A stretch of DNA of 64,000 nt from Massalongia carnosa (lineage: Eukaryota). This document shows, in pieces, positions 36,347-49,839 of this stretch. Made by a program: the position numbers and the translations under genes. The stretch is taken from assembly GCA_965645245.1 (NCBI GenBank), contig OZ287077.1, forward strand, positions 1,426,001-1,490,000. Reading direction: 5' to 3'. The notes beneath the pieces were generated by a model, which worked only from the letters and a program-made list of their open reading frames with translations, had not been told where the DNA came from and did not search any database. Every line of letters begins with the position of its first letter. The first letter of the stretch is position 1.

Positions 36347-38590
36347 TTATTCGTCATCATCCCGCCGACGATTCCTACTCTCCTCCGCCGCCATCGTCAT
36401 CGCCAGCGTCGTCGTCTCCTCATCTTCCAACTCCTGCAAGGCCTCCTCCACCCCCCGTCTTCTGATTGGTCCAGTCAACTTCTCCAACCAGTCTAGCCAT
36501 CGCTTTATTTGTGGATTTCTTTCCTCGGCAGTCCATTCGGCGGTGTACTCGGCTATTTCGTAGTATTTGTCTTTAATTGCGTCCAAAACCTCTCTCATCT
36601 GTAGCATATGTCGATCCGATCTTTCTACCTCCTCGTGATGATCAAAATCCAGCCTAGTCGACGTTTCATACACCTCGAAGCCGCTATCCTCAAACATCTC
36701 CGCCCAGACTGTCCAATTGACTTCCTGAAACGCGTCGAAAACGATGTTATAGTGCCACAAGTGTCTGCATGGGAGTTGATACTGACGCCAAAATAGACAG
36801 TCTACAGGACAGATTAGCTCATCAGGCAGCTCACCTGCCGGCTCATCACCGTCTGCTAAACTTCTAGCGGCTAGCTTCCATTGATCAACTATGAGCATTT
36901 GCACGGGATAGGGAAATTTTCGAAGATATGGGCATTCCTGACATTCGGGAGTCATAGTAGTACGAAAATTAGCCTCTTCGCTGCGGGCTCGATTTTCCCA
37001 TTGATCCCCGATTCGAATCACATGGCTTGCAGCCCCGATCAGAGAAAAAGTCATGAAATGCGCTTTACCTACAGTACTAATTAGTATGACGAATGAAGCT
37101 CAAGAAATAGTCTCACCGTCAGCATGCTTTTTAATAGATGCGTGCCAGGATTCTACCGCATTAGTCGTCATGCACTGCAGTAAAATGCATGAATGCTGAC
37201 GTGCGTAATTAGCCCATTTGGATTTAGTCTGCACCCATTCTCGATCTATATATTGACGTTTTTCTTCAGGGGCAGCTGCCAATGCCTTTTTGAGACTATC
37301 ATCGCATCCGAGCTCCGTTTTTCTGAAATATAGAGCATCATACAAATGCTTTTTTGCATTTTTGCAATTGGGACCGACCAATTTTCGATTCAGGGTACGC
37401 TCGGAGTGAGTCCGACAAAGTAGATGAGTAACCTCCATCTCCCCGTCGATCAACCCTCGAAATGCAAGACTGACCCCTCGCTGTTCAGCTGCAGAATCGT
37501 TGGTGATAATGTATCGAAGTCTCCAAGCTCTAGACCATCGCTTAATCTGACGAAGAAACTCTCCTATAATGTCACCGTCCTCGTTACTACTCAGCATGTG
37601 GGCTCCGGGAATCCAGCTTCCACATTCGTCACGAATCATCAATGTAAATAACTTCCATTTTAGCTGATTGGTGTTATGAGTACTGTTCATCAATACTGAT
37701 AACCGAGATCTTTTTGCAAATGCTATTGCATGTGATCTTTCTCTATCAATGAGACGAGTTATTTCAAGCTTTGCAGCTAGAACATCTTCACCCAATGCCT
37801 GCAATGCATCAAAACAGCTATTCAATTGATTAATCCATGACTCCCTAGCTCCCTGAATTCGTGCATCAGGATTCTGCTTTTTAAAGCTTCTTCCAGCATT
37901 GTATACGGTTTGAAAGTTGAAATTCGACCCCCCGGCCTGTTTCAAAGCTTCAAGATTCCCTTCCCATCTAACGCCCTGCATGTTTCGATTGACGTCTCCC
38001 GGGGTATATCCTTTTGCCACCTCTTTACCAGCCGTCAGTCTGATGGCGGAGTTGATTTTGATATTGTCCACAACCTCCAAAATGTGATTATGTTGCAGCT
38101 GATTAACTGAGTCGTCAAGCTTCTTGTTGACGTGACGACTCAAAGTCACCGTCAACAATTCATTGATCTCATCAAATTGTTTGATCATAGCCAGCTTTAT
38201 AGAGCAAGCATCAGTTAACCGCATTCGTTTAGCACGTCGTCCTGAACCTTGACTTTTAATGTCAGCATCTTGCTTCCAAAGTCTGCAAAACCAATATGAT
38301 TTTTGAGTTCTCTTCTTGGTAATAGGCTCCGTGTGATTATGCACCCAGATGTTGTCCATAAACGGCTAGTATGAAGCATAATTATCCGCAGTCCAAGTTA
38401 TTGATGCATCTAATGCAAAGACAAGCTGACGCATCGAGACCAGATGAGAAGGTAGAGCCAAGACAGTGGAAATAGGGGTCGAAGCGGAGCGAGAAGATTC
38501 TCTGGCGACGGTGAGCTGACTATCCAGCTGACTATCTAGCTGACTGTTGACGTGGCTTTCGGGCTTGGTGGTATCTAAGTACGAAGACAT
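36347..38590 (-). pseudogene. MULE transposase with SWIM zinc finger, inactivated
   Basis: YWFCRLW, HNH, NSTHNTN..WKLFTL, ITNDSAAE, HLLCRTH, TTNAVESWH, SWIM CPVDCLFWRQYQLPCRH. In-frame TAG at 38366-38368; the first two catalytic Asp positions appear as Asn; intron approx. 37069-37116. Confidence 0.85.
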
Positions 38591-41500
38591 CTTGAATAGC
38601 CTCAATAAATGAGAGCAGCGAGGTATGAGAAAAGTGATAATAAAGGGGATGAGAATTACGGTTGGAAGACGCGACATTAATATTTACGAGATTTGGTCAT
38701 GTGCTAGCTTACTAATTGGCTGCGGCAGCTAAATGGTATGGAAAATAGAAAACCTCTGAGTTTTACAGCCTCCCGGTATAGATCTGCCTGGAAACACATT
38801 ATGATCAACCCTGAACACCAACCTTAGGCGCAGGCGAAGTCCCATTGGAGACAAGTTACAGGAATTCCGGTTTTAGAATAATCTACGGCCTGAGAGTGCA
38901 GCTTGGCTAAGATTATACAATCATCGTCCAAAGTGCCGGCTTCCCTTTGGTCGGCGAGAATTTGATGTTGCGTAAGAATTCGCCCAAGCTGGTCCATCTT
39001 CATGAACTCGGTAAAGAACCTGCTCATATCTCTCCTGACAATCGTTCTCCGAATATCAATGGGTATCGCTCTTGGATAATTTCCAGGAACTTCCACTTCG
39101 GGGGGAAATAGGTCTTTGTCATTAAATTACATGGTATAGATCGCCGTCTAGGTCTTTGCCTGAAATATGGCTTGGGAGATCACGAGCGCCTTTTGGCTGA
39201 ACACTACACAATTATGAGGAGCTTGCAGAGGCGAATCTTCTGGGGCATCCATGGCTGTAGCAAACTGGATGTCCCCAGGCTGCAAGGCTGGGGACTTTGT
39301 AACGATAACGCGACCAGAAATATTCATTTTCCTTCCTTCTCGGTCTATCTAATAACAAAGTATCTCTCCTTCGTTCAGAAAGCTAGACTCGTCCCTTCGC
39401 TATTGGGATACGCGTCCGATTTTTCATCTCTTGTAACTGGAGAAGAGTAAGTGCGTAAAGCATATCCCAGAAGAATCTTTCATTGTTCAGCGAAACCCCC
39501 AATGATTCCACCTTTCGAATTAACCAAGTGGTGTGGGTGGCCTGGCCCACGTTATGCTCTTCTAAAAAGGCAACTGCATTCGAGATAGACAAGGTTCGCG
39601 ATTTAAGATCTTCAATTGCAAGCCGCTGCAGGTTCTCAAGAGCACTTCCGTTCACACCCAAATCTTCGAGAATCTTAATCAACTGTCTATTGAGGACCAT
39701 AGGCGAGGGCCCTTGAAGGGATTTTACAAATCTCGATATTCGAGGCGTCCGTTCCGCGGTACTTAATCACCGATGGGCGAAGGTTTGGGATATCTCCCTC
39801 AAGGCGATTAGCCAAAGATACCATCCCCTTTGCACCTGTCATTATACTGTGATTAGCAGACGCTCCACAATTTTCTTCCTAACACAGGCAAATTTGGCTG
39901 AACGCGAGGAAGGATGCCGTTCACTAACACAAAACTCATGAGCAAGATTGTTGTTGAATGTGCTTATTCACTAATCACACCATAAGCCTTATATCGTCAA
40001 GAAACCAAGAGAGAAAGGCTTCAGAAACAAGTTTCTTAACTTTGAACGGAAGAATAGCTCACATATCTTCAAATCTAATTTGGAAAAGCGTGGCAGGAAT
40101 TGAACCGAATCGGCGCCGTTCCTGAAGTATCTCCAGAACCGACTGCGAGCATGTTCCGCCGCCGTCGCTGAAACTAAACCCTGCGGAATCAACGTCCCCA
40201 ATTTCTCTCACATTGCCCGGGTCGACCGCGATGGAAACTGAAGTTTCCGAAAAAGCTTGCCCTATAGTTGCTGCATACTTTGCTGGACATCGTATGTGCT
40301 TGAAGTCTCCAAGTCGGCTTATAATTACATCCGCGTCTATCAGTTGGTTGGAGGCTATAAAAGGAGAGAGAAACCAGCAAGTTTGAGATCGTAAGGAAGA
40401 GTGGGAAAATCCCAGGAACTCGAAAAAAACGCCACCAATATCTATGCCCGTAGCGAGTACGTCGTTGAATCTACCGTATATATCTTCATTCTAGTTTCCC
40501 TTATCATTGTGCACCACCCGTCCATCTTCGTCCAAGAAACTAATTCTTAGAAAGTATTCAGAAAAGGCTCGATACTGATGGAGGACGCGATTTGTACTCT
40601 CGATGTGCGGTCCCATCAAGTATATCCCTACAGGAGTTACAAGAGCTTTGTGTACCAAAATGGAACACTTGGAGACATCCAAATCGCCAGGTTGATCGAA
40701 GAGCTCCGCTTCGGCTCTTTCCAGATTCTTAACCAGCAGCTCGCTCAATCCCTTTGGCTCGAAGTAATCAGCTTTCGAATTAGGCCCTGCGAAAGGAAGT
40801 TGCTGGAAGAGTATCCGAATCGCTTGAAGAACAAAACATGCCTTAGTCTTGCTGAGCAGACGAAACAAAAAAGGCAAAATATCTAAAACCGCACTTGGTG
40901 GTAGATAGCCATTTTGCACGAGCTTCTGTAGCTGGAACTTGAGCGAAAAAGGTAGGTTAGTTTTCGATATCTACAAGGGTGGCTTTAAAGATTCGCGAAT
41001 TGGGCTACAAAGGGTAAACGTGGTAGCAAGCTGGGAATAGTCATGAATGAGCTCTGAGGTATGACTCCTGCGCGTTCTAGTTTGAGTGAATTGAGGATAT
41101 CCGCTTTTCCTGTTAGCGTAAGGCGATAAACTAAACAGCTTGCTGTCATGTCAATATCCTGACGTCCGTCGAAATTCAGTACCCGCCTCGATCCAAGTTT
41201 TCCTTTGAAGTTATGAGATCCTCCCACATTTTTGGAGCTTCATAGAGAGTGATAAATATCAAGTTGCTGGCCGAAGCATCGAGTATCATAGACTGGATCG
41301 AATAATAGCTGATAATAAGACGATTTGTGGTTTAAAAAAGAAGCCGTTTGTTTAAGGATCAGTTCGATCACGAAGAATCGATCCCCAAAAGTGGCTAACG
41401 AGGCCTTTCCATACTGAAAGTATGGAGGAAAATGAAGTTGAGACTCATTGTATTTGTAAATCCTACAAGATAACGACGGCAAAAGGAATTGACGACGTGG

Positions 41501-43100
41501 AGGTTCTGTGAAACAAGGAGCTCTTAACTCATGTCCGGATTTTGCCTCTCGCTCCCTTAAGAGTCTATCTTTCTCTTCTTTTCCTAATACCTTTAGTAAC
41601 AACTCAGCAGGTCTCTTAAAGCTCTTTCTTATGAAAATTCGCTTGCTTGAAAGCCTTAAAGAGCCTGGGATTGTAGATTGCTCGTAACATTTTATAAAGG
41701 TTTGTCCTTCACTTGCATGCGGGAATGTAATAGTGGCTAGCCCAGGCTTGGAGAACTTGTTTACTTCAAAAGACTGAATAAAAAGCTGCTGGAAGAAAGG
41801 AATAAGAGATCTTTTTAGCTCGCTTTCTCATGAATGTTGCTTAAGAGTACCTTCATGATGCGATAGGACTCGAATCAGACCTTGTTCCGGCTCGAGAACG
41901 TTACCCTTCGAGACTCCTTATTTTGTTGTTGATGATAAGAAAAATTCATATCGCACTTGATACCTGACTAAAGTCAGTCGCTAATCAAGGAAATTTCAAG
42001 GTCAGTGGAATTATGAAGTCTCGGCTAGGGGTAAAGTAGTGAGGTAAATGATGGAAAACTTGAAAGAGATGAAGGATAGATTGGGGAAGCATTTTCAGGT
42101 GAACGATGAAAAAGAATCGATGAACCGGCCTCTTCTTGTCTTACCCATCACCCCTATTTGGCTGTTGTTCCCTTGCTCTCAGCCCGTATCTCAGTTCATA
42201 GCTTGTTGTATGCCCCAGCGATTCTATCCAAACCTTCTCCTTATAATTCAGTTGTCTGAAAAATCCACGTCATGTAGATTTCCTATCCCTTTCAATACCA
42301 TTCCCAACTTCACTTCACTCTCATTTGACCAAACATCTGCCCCCCCCGTCCCAACAGATTATCTTCATGCCCTAGAAAGAAGACGGTTGAGTTGAACATG
42401 ATTATGTATCAGTCAAACTTATCGACTATGCGTGACGGTTGTAATTCCCCTGTAAAGGTAGACGCCGCAACGATATTCGTCGTCTACAGATTAACCTAAG
42501 TACTGCAACCATAGCGCAAAATTAGAATCCTGGCCTCATGGTATAGAACCCATAAGGAGTAAGCTTTTGAATTCGGTATTAGTTATGCCATACTGCATGC
42601 GCGCTACTGTTTCCCCTCTTTTCACCTCAGCTCTGGAAAAGCACCGCGAAGGCGCACGGCGCGCTGCTTGCTTCCATATCGATAGCGTTTTCTCCAATTG
42701 ATCTGTCTCTCATGTTCGAGTAACCTTCATCGCTCTATCAGCAACATATTGTGACGCATAATCCCAACACATCCAAGGCTTCCAGAGAAGGCTCTGAAAG
42801 GAGCACCAACTAAATTATCGTAACTCGAGCGTCGGCGTCGAGCCTAACCCGCGAATTCTCTGGTGTTTACACGCAAGGTCAACTTAGAAGCCTACATCAG
42901 TCCGAGATCAAGATTTAGCACGCTAACGGCTGGGCCAGTGACATGGAAATGAACAAACCTTGATTCCATGCCCAAAAATTAGGTTGCTGCCATTTCGTAA
43001 CAACAGCCACAAGAACAGCTTTCTAGGAAGCCATAACTCTCCTTTTGGCCGATATCTCGCTTCCGCCAAAAAACGTTGGAGTGGCGAAACAGAGCTGTTA

Positions 43101-43943
43101 TTACTCTGAGGTAGGAACTCTACCTTTGCTGGGCCATATACGCATCTCTTCCCAGAAGGTTCTACTATCCAATACTCTTCCCAGTTCCTCCGCACTCCTT
43201 GGTAAGGCCTTTACCTTCTCTTCTATCATCAACTCCCCAACCCACTCCGGATATCGTAAATCTCTCGCCACGCTCTCGCCCAGCGTCTCAGCCACCGAAG
43301 CTTTAACTTCCGTACCCCAATCCTGAATCAAGTCCCACCAATCGTAGACCCGGAGATCAGTCACGAGCCACCTCTTCCCTTTAGTAAAGTTTTGATGAAC
43401 CGCCACAATCGCTCTTCCAACGTCTTCCCCGTGGATTAAATGCAACGCCTTTTTACCTTTCACTTCTGCTTTAGTCTTCGCGACGCGGACCACCCAGTTC
43501 TTAGGGTTGCGTTCTCCGCCGTAGAGACCTGCGAGATTGAGCACGCAGCCCCCTAGGGCCAGCAACTCATCTTCGGCAATTGCTCGAAGGTTCTCCTTGT
43601 CATAAGGGGAATTATTATCATTCCAATGCGGCGCGGCAAAGATGCCTGTGGAGCCAAGCTGGATCCAATTATTGACGTCGCCGTGCACGCTACGATATAG
43701 AGCCATGATGTGCCTTGATTGGCCAACATCCTTGAGCGGAAACGTCACCAAGACCGTCCTTGCTGATGGAAGTTGCGAATACTGGGTAGTGTCGTCGGAT
43801 GTGGGGTCGAACACGAACGGGATGGTTGATTCCCGTCCATTTCTCGTGGTGGCAGCGTAGGTGATTGACGAGGACTTAAGCCGCGGAATAAGAAACTGAG
43901 AAGTCCAACCGGCTCCTAGGATTAATAGACCTAACGGTTCCAT
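43101..43943 (-). CDS. NAD(P)-binding Rossmann-fold protein (atypical SDR)
   Basis: N-terminal LILGAGW, WIQLGSTGI, LNLAGLYG, HLIHGEDV; intact 280-aa ORF. Confidence 0.8.
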   Translation of the reverse strand: MEPLGLLILGAGWTSQFLIPRLKSSSITYAATTRNGRESTIPFVFDPTSDDTTQYSQLPSARTVLVTFPLKDVGQSRHIMALYRSVHGDVNNWIQLGSTGIFAAPHWNDNNSPYDKENLRAIAEDELLALGGCVLNLAGLYGGERNPKNWVVRVAKTKAEVKGKKALHLIHGEDVGRAIVAVHQNFTKGKRWLVTDLRVYDWWDLIQDWGTEVKASVAETLGESVARDLRYPEWVGELMIEEKVKALPRSAEELGRVLDSRTFWEEMRIWPSKGRVPTSE

Positions 43944-44529
43944 GATTTATAGAATCTAAAGAAAGAGGCAAAGGAGGTTCGAAAGTGACGGCAAAGATCT
44001 TTTGATCAAGGCATTGGAGAGATAGGTGGTAGTTACGAAGTACTCTGTACCCATTGGAGCCGAATTGCAAGGCTGTAGATTTAACATTCAGCGCGCTAAC
44101 GTTTAATACTCATGTAATCTATTCTCCGCCGTCAGAGCGACACGTCTTTCATACCTAGGTAAGGTACCTCGAGGCACTCGTGATAGATAGATTCCATGTT
44201 CCATCCAACAATGCATGCGTTTCACTTCAATGGTCAGAACCCTCGATTCGGTTTCGGGCTCAACGGGTGCTGTATTCTTGATCTGGAGCCAGTCAGATAC
44301 GGAGATATTTGTGGAAATATTTGCGTTTAAGGTGCCATATTTACAAAGGCAGTGACTACCGAGATAGTAACAATGTAGCATCCGTACCTGCAAAAGTACT
44401 GAGGCCCAAAGTTTAAAATCATCTTGGATCTCAAGTTATAATAGTGCCTCAGAAGCCTCCCTCATCACCCATTCAGTGCTTATGTTTCCCTCTCCTTTCC
44501 CTTGTATATTCCAAGCATACGACATAGGA

Positions 44530-47500
44530 TCAGTCCTCCAAGCTTATCGTGCTGGCCGCGCTGGTGATGCTATTCGCACCTGATGACATCGCCTCGTTGG
44601 CGTGGCTATCGCTTACATTAACAGCAAGGAAGCTTTTTGGTAGTTTCACCCTACCAAAGTCAGTAACGAACCTAAAACAGTTGAAAAAAAGCCAAATACG
44701 TATGGAACTTTGCCCTCAAGGTTTCAATCACCTCCTTCCAATCCGCATGCGCCGTCAAGCTTCTCCGTTGCGCGCATCCAATCGAGTGCTTCGAGTCTAA
44801 TTGAACGTCTAACGGATCGAACGTGTGGCAACCTGGCGTAATGGTGATGCGGATGCTATAGGCAAAGGTATCGGCATCCTTGTCTTCAGACTCGTAGAGC
44901 TCGAAGCTGATGGTAGAGAGATAGTCCAGCTCGGGGATGGCGTTCCGTTCGATTTTCGTTTTGACGCCCCCTTCCAGAATGCAGTTGAGGAGAGTATAGA
45001 TGTGCGATTCCTTGGTGAAATAGATGAATGATTTCGCCTCATCTGAAGCCTGCACTTCTTCCAGGTCTTTCACAATCTCTTTCAAAAGGGGGAGAGAAGT
45101 CAAGAGACCAATTTCAAGCTTTTCGCTATTGCTAATACCGTATTCCTGAGGGCACACAAAGTCAAATAAAACTTTGGCCAGCTTATATAGCTCCCGTAAT
45201 TTCTCCAGCCTGGCGTCGAGTTTGGCTTTTGTTTGGCCGTTCCCACAATGGAGTTTAAAGTAGGGTTCTTTATATGCTTCTTGCGCATGAAATTGTGAGG
45301 GGACGACAGGCCTTCTTCTAAACCCCATTCGGTGCGCAAGGTTGCTCGCCGAGGATTTGTCTCCGGTATTTTCCACGCCATTACCTTCTTTTCGATCACG
45401 GTTAGCCAGATTGGTATTTGCCTCTTCGGAAGTAACCTCTACCGCAGAGTTACCCACTCCCGAAACATCATCCGCTAGAATACTTTTACTGGGAGTGAAT
45501 ATGTATTCAAGAAACTGCCGGTTATGTAGGGCATCGAATTTCATGGTATCGTACAGTTCCGATATTTTGCTTGGATCAACCTTCTCCGAGTCGCAAAATT
45601 CTGCAAAAAGCTTCTCCCATCTCTCCTTGAATAGTTCAGGATCTTCACCACAACACCACCTCGCCTGGATGCTTGCGATACTCTGAACTTGCGGGCCTCC
45701 ACCATTGGCCGCTACAGCTGTGCTTTCCGCCAACTTGGTGAGAGCTGTCAATGACGCTGCGGCGCCACTATTAAGTTTCTTGAAATTATGCCTCATAACT
45801 TTGCGGTGAAACAGCATAAGCTCCACCACCCTGCGAACAACTTTGGATGGTTCTGGCGTATTAGCAGGCCAAGCGAATTGTGGGGGCGCTTGACGACCTT
45901 CCCTCAGCAGCAGCTTCAGCTTTTTCTTTACCTTATCCATGACATCTTTTGCCGCGTTCGAATCGTCAAGCAGGTCTTTTCTTACGGCAATTTTCTCTTG
46001 AGGTATGTCTTTCTGGTTGAGAAAAGATGCAGCCCAAATCTGTGCTGGTAGGAGTCAGCGAAAACTGGCGCGACAGTTTTTCGAAGTACATACCACTTGT
46101 GCTGACCCTTCTCTCGGAGCTTGTGAAAACTCGAACGTCATCCAACGCTTCCTTATTCATCAGGAGAAGATCGTTTCTCATATTCTCACCAAGATCCTGA
46201 GCTTGATAACGCGCGGCATGAGTAGGTTCGCCGCCCCATTTAATGATAAGTTGCAATTTGTCAAGTATCAAGTCGTTTTCAGCGGCAGAGAAGCGCGAGA
46301 GGGTGATTCCTGCCAATGAGTCATTTCGTTTGTAGGGTAGTGGCGTTTCGCTATGCTCTTCTTCTTGCTCTGTTATAGACTCTACGCGAGACGCTGGAGT
46401 GGTAGGGGCGTTCTCGAGCGCATCATTTGATGAATTATTCTTAATCTCCTCCTTCTTTCTCTTGCGGAACATGGGCTTGATTTGGACTTTGGTGCCGGTC
46501 CATGCACCTTTCCTTGCAAGTGATGCCCTAAGCAATTGTAGTTTCTCCGGATCTTCTTCTCCTTGTTCCAAGGCTACTTTGACAGCATTCAAAACACTGC
46601 TCAAAGCAGCTTCGCCCTTAAGGAGGACCTCTTCTTGATGGCCTTTCAACAAGTCCACAAACGGCTGAGTGTGAAACGTAAACTTAAACTTTTGTTTCGG
46701 GGTACGATCTGCATGTCTAATGACAGATACCATACCCTTAAGTTTCCATGAATGTTTTGAAGCAGGCTGAGGAATAGGGGTGGGAAGAGGGTCTTCCGCT
46801 GTGGTAGTTTCAGTTTGGCCTAGCTCGCTAGTTGGAACTATTGGTACCATGGGCGAAGGAAGTTGGTCCTTACTGGCAACAGGAACTGGTGGGAGATCTG
46901 ATACCGATCTCTGATCAATACTTGGGGGCGATGACAGGGACGCGGTAATAGAAGATAGCTCTGGTGACTGTGTACCGTGGGAGCGGGAAATAGAGTGATG
47001 CTGGCCTGTCAACCTGGACATACTGGGTGATTTCATTATTCTTGTGAATGCAGCAGCACGATAATTGCCCGTGGTGTTTTTGCGATATTGTGGTGAATTA
47101 TCTGGCTGGTGGTCAATAATGGGCTCAACAGTAGGTGTACCACCGTTGCGTTTCTGCTTCTCCTCAAGAAACATTTTCTTGAGGATGCTAGCGCACTTGT
47201 CGTAATATTCGTTATTGTCTTTGACGAAGCTCCATCCGTTAACATCAATAACAAAACTCTTAGGTCCCACCCGAAGGAGATCAAAGCCACAGATTCGTTG
47301 TCCAAAGCCATTTGCAATTTTGGTAGCCATAACAGACTCTTCTTTCGTAAGGCTAGTGATATAGCGGATTTCTTTCCCATGAGTATTCCTACAAACGAGA
47401 CCATCAACCACAGGCGATTTCCGCGTTTCGGCGTGGCAAAAGTCCGGTCCTACTGTATATGCTTTGATGTCCTCGGCATTGTCAACGTGGAGAAACTGCT

Positions 47501-49517
47501 CATAAATATAACTACTTCCCTCCTCTGTCACCGCCCTGGGGATGATTAGGTCTGGATCCCATTCCGAACTTTTATTGCCGATTTTCCGAAATAGCTTTCT
47601 GCCACCCCCGCTATCATGGTCTTTTGGAAAGTAGATGCGGATGTTATGATCCTCACCACTGATCGGCTTCTCAACAAATGGTTTCCGCAGAGTGACACCG
47701 TCAACGAGTAAAGTGTCATTGTCTTCAATCATGCTAACCTTCTTGGCCACTGGCATTCCACCGCCGGTGCCATTCATCGGCCCATCGAGCCTCACACCGC
47801 TCAATCGATAGACATGCTCAGCGAGAGTAGCTGACTCTAGGGTCGGCCCGCCATCCCTGTTAACTTCGAGACGCTTTGGGGTTGGCACACCCATACAATC
47901 GAGAATCCGGAGGCATATCCTACGATCCCATAAAACCTTTTGCATAAGTAGATCATTGATGGAGAACGGTTTGCGTAACTTGGCGTAAGCAATTGCCTTC
48001 TCTAAGGGAAACCCGTCCGAGAAGAATGAGATTAGAAAATCACTAGTTATAGACGTTAGCGTTGCATAAGTTGGAAAGGCCAATGACTAAGAAAAACGCT
48101 AGAGCAAGCAAAAGCCATATCTCCAATGGCTATAGAATAATGGCGATTTACCATATTGGCCAGTTTTCCACATCTTTGACTTTTAGCCAAGTTCACTTTG
48201 GAAATGAGTCGACTTACCTTCATCTAAGATGACCTTGTCACCAAATACCACAACTTCAAAGTCTCCATGAGATTGTAGGCGTGTCAGTATGTTGCGACTT
48301 GCCTTACTGCGAGCCTTAACGTCAAGTGCACAAACTCCTATCAGCCCTATAGGAGGAGGTCTCACTGTCTAAAGCATCAGCAATAGCATCTATCGTCATA
48401 GCAGCAATAACCATGTACGGTAGGTTCTTGCCTTGGCTACTCCGATCACTATTATTTGGACTTGCGGCACTACTAGCGACATTGCTACCACTCGTCTGTC
48501 GTTGGATTCTACTTCGAGAACGTCGTGGAGCAGCTGGTGGCCTTGGCAATGGATCTGAGTTCCATGAATCAAGACTTTTTGAAACCACGCTAGGCGCAGT
48601 TAGAGTAGGTTCTTTACCATCACCAAGCGGCACTATATTAGGAGGATTTAGCCGTTTGTATAGGTTGGTGGTTAAGATTAGGGGCTTCATTGACCTATAT
48701 GAAGAGAATGAGCGTTTGCAGTAACTGAGACAGGATCTGTGGCTGTTGTTGCCGATGATAAGACTTCGCCTTTGGCGGGACCCAGAGCTTGAGACATGGG
48801 TAATGGGCTCACGTAAGAGTGTTCGAGCGCAGCGCTCGAGGCTGATCCAGCGTTGGAGCTTGCTATACTTTGCACGCTTGACCCACCTGTTGCTCCGTTG
48901 TAGATGGCCGAACCAAGAGAATACAATGAAGATAATGATAATCGGTTACCTTCTCCCTCTGAGCCAGAGACAGAGGCACTGGTATGTTTCAATGTTGAAT
49001 CCGGAAGTGTCAATGGTGCGTACGTTTCCGAGGCATTGCCCAAGGAACCGCCAAGACTGGGCGTCTTCTCCGCATCTTCCAGCACAGCAGTCTCGTCCGA
49101 GGCTTTGAATGCCATCGCTCCTTCCATGCCAATAGCACTTCCTAATTCGTCATCCTTCACCAACGCTGCCGATGGTCTGCGTGACGCAGACGGTTTGTAA
49201 GTGGAAGAGGGCTTATTCATTGGTGGTGGCATAGAAATGCTCGCTCTTCCTATTGCTCCAGTTGTGCCAACCTCTGCAAATCGACTCTTCCTACTCGTGG
49301 CCGAAGCAATGGCGGAAGGAAGTAAGGAATGAGAGGGAGTACGGGACCATGCTGGCAGGGGCCCTTTTGTAGATTCCCCCTTCACCGCTAATGGTGCAGT
49401 GGAAATTGTGGTTGAAGAAAGTACATATTCATTGCTCGTTGAAGGTAAGTGAGAAATGGGGATCGATGCAGAAGAGGTGCTTTCATGGCTTGTAGTTCTT
49501 GACAAGGAAGCCATCAT
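44530..49517 (-). CDS. VIP1: Inositol hexakisphosphate / PP-InsP5 kinase-phosphatase, multi-exon
   Basis: IGVCALDVKARSK, DFLISFFSDGFPLEKA, FVEKPISGEDHN, HAETRKSPVVDG, IDVNGWSFVK, phosphatase RHADRTPKQK, KWGGEPTH, YFTKESHI, PELDYL. Includes a 22-nt microexon near 48152-48173. Confidence 0.95.
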
Positions 49518-49839
49518 GAGAAATATTTACTCAAATTCCGATCGAGCACTCGCATAGAGACGATATCCAATCGTTTGCTCTTTTCACAGCCCGTGCATGT
49601 GGGAAGCAGAGTCTGCACAGAAGGGTCCAGCATGTTGAGCAAGTCAAGTCCAGTCATCTGACAGAAAATTAGGAAATAGTATTGTCGCATTCCCGTCCGA
49701 TGTCATTGTGCGTTTTTTGACGCGGCTCGCCCGGGAAAACGGTCGGGGAATCGAGCCAAGAAAAGAAGCTGTAACATCTTATTGGGATTATTAGTTTGAA
49801 CGGCTCCCTTCTTCGCATTGATAGATATATCCATCGGCA

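Larger units (their letters stand above)
36066..38774 (-). mobile_element. Mutator-like (MULE) DNA transposon, 2709 bp
   Basis: 9-bp TSD GGTATAGAT at 36057-36065 and 38775-38783. Imperfect TIRs of about 68 bp (GGG.G.CTGTA.AACTCAGAGGTTTT...TTTAGCTGCCGCAGCC..TTA.TAAGC). Confidence 0.95.
35160..41856 (-). pseudogene. RNA-dependent RNA polymerase (cellular RdRP, SAD-1/RRP-like) pseudogene, split by a Mutator element
   Basis: Collinear motifs: RRM-like N-terminus, QNGYLPP, HKALVTPVG..GP..ESTNRVL, FLGFSHSSL, IRCPAKYAATIGQAFSET, FSDG, FQIRF, GAKGM, LNRQLIKILEDLG, QPGDIQ, catalytic DLDGDLY (approx. 39134-39154), LHSQAVDYSKTGIP, RPDFM, YSTHP, SFGWIAAAICLRE. Multiple stops and frameshifts, and one donor reads ATATGT. 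Confidence 0.92.

Noticed and set aside
35313..40493. Premature TAG codons in the RdRP and MULE as A-to-I editing-corrected stops
   Set aside because: Frameshifts, a transposon insertion and a dead splice donor cannot be fixed by editing; transition mutation explains the stops more simply.
42048..43090. Short ORFs and splice-like signals between the RdRP relic and the Rossmann gene
   Set aside because: No coherent gene model or recognisable domain could be assembled.
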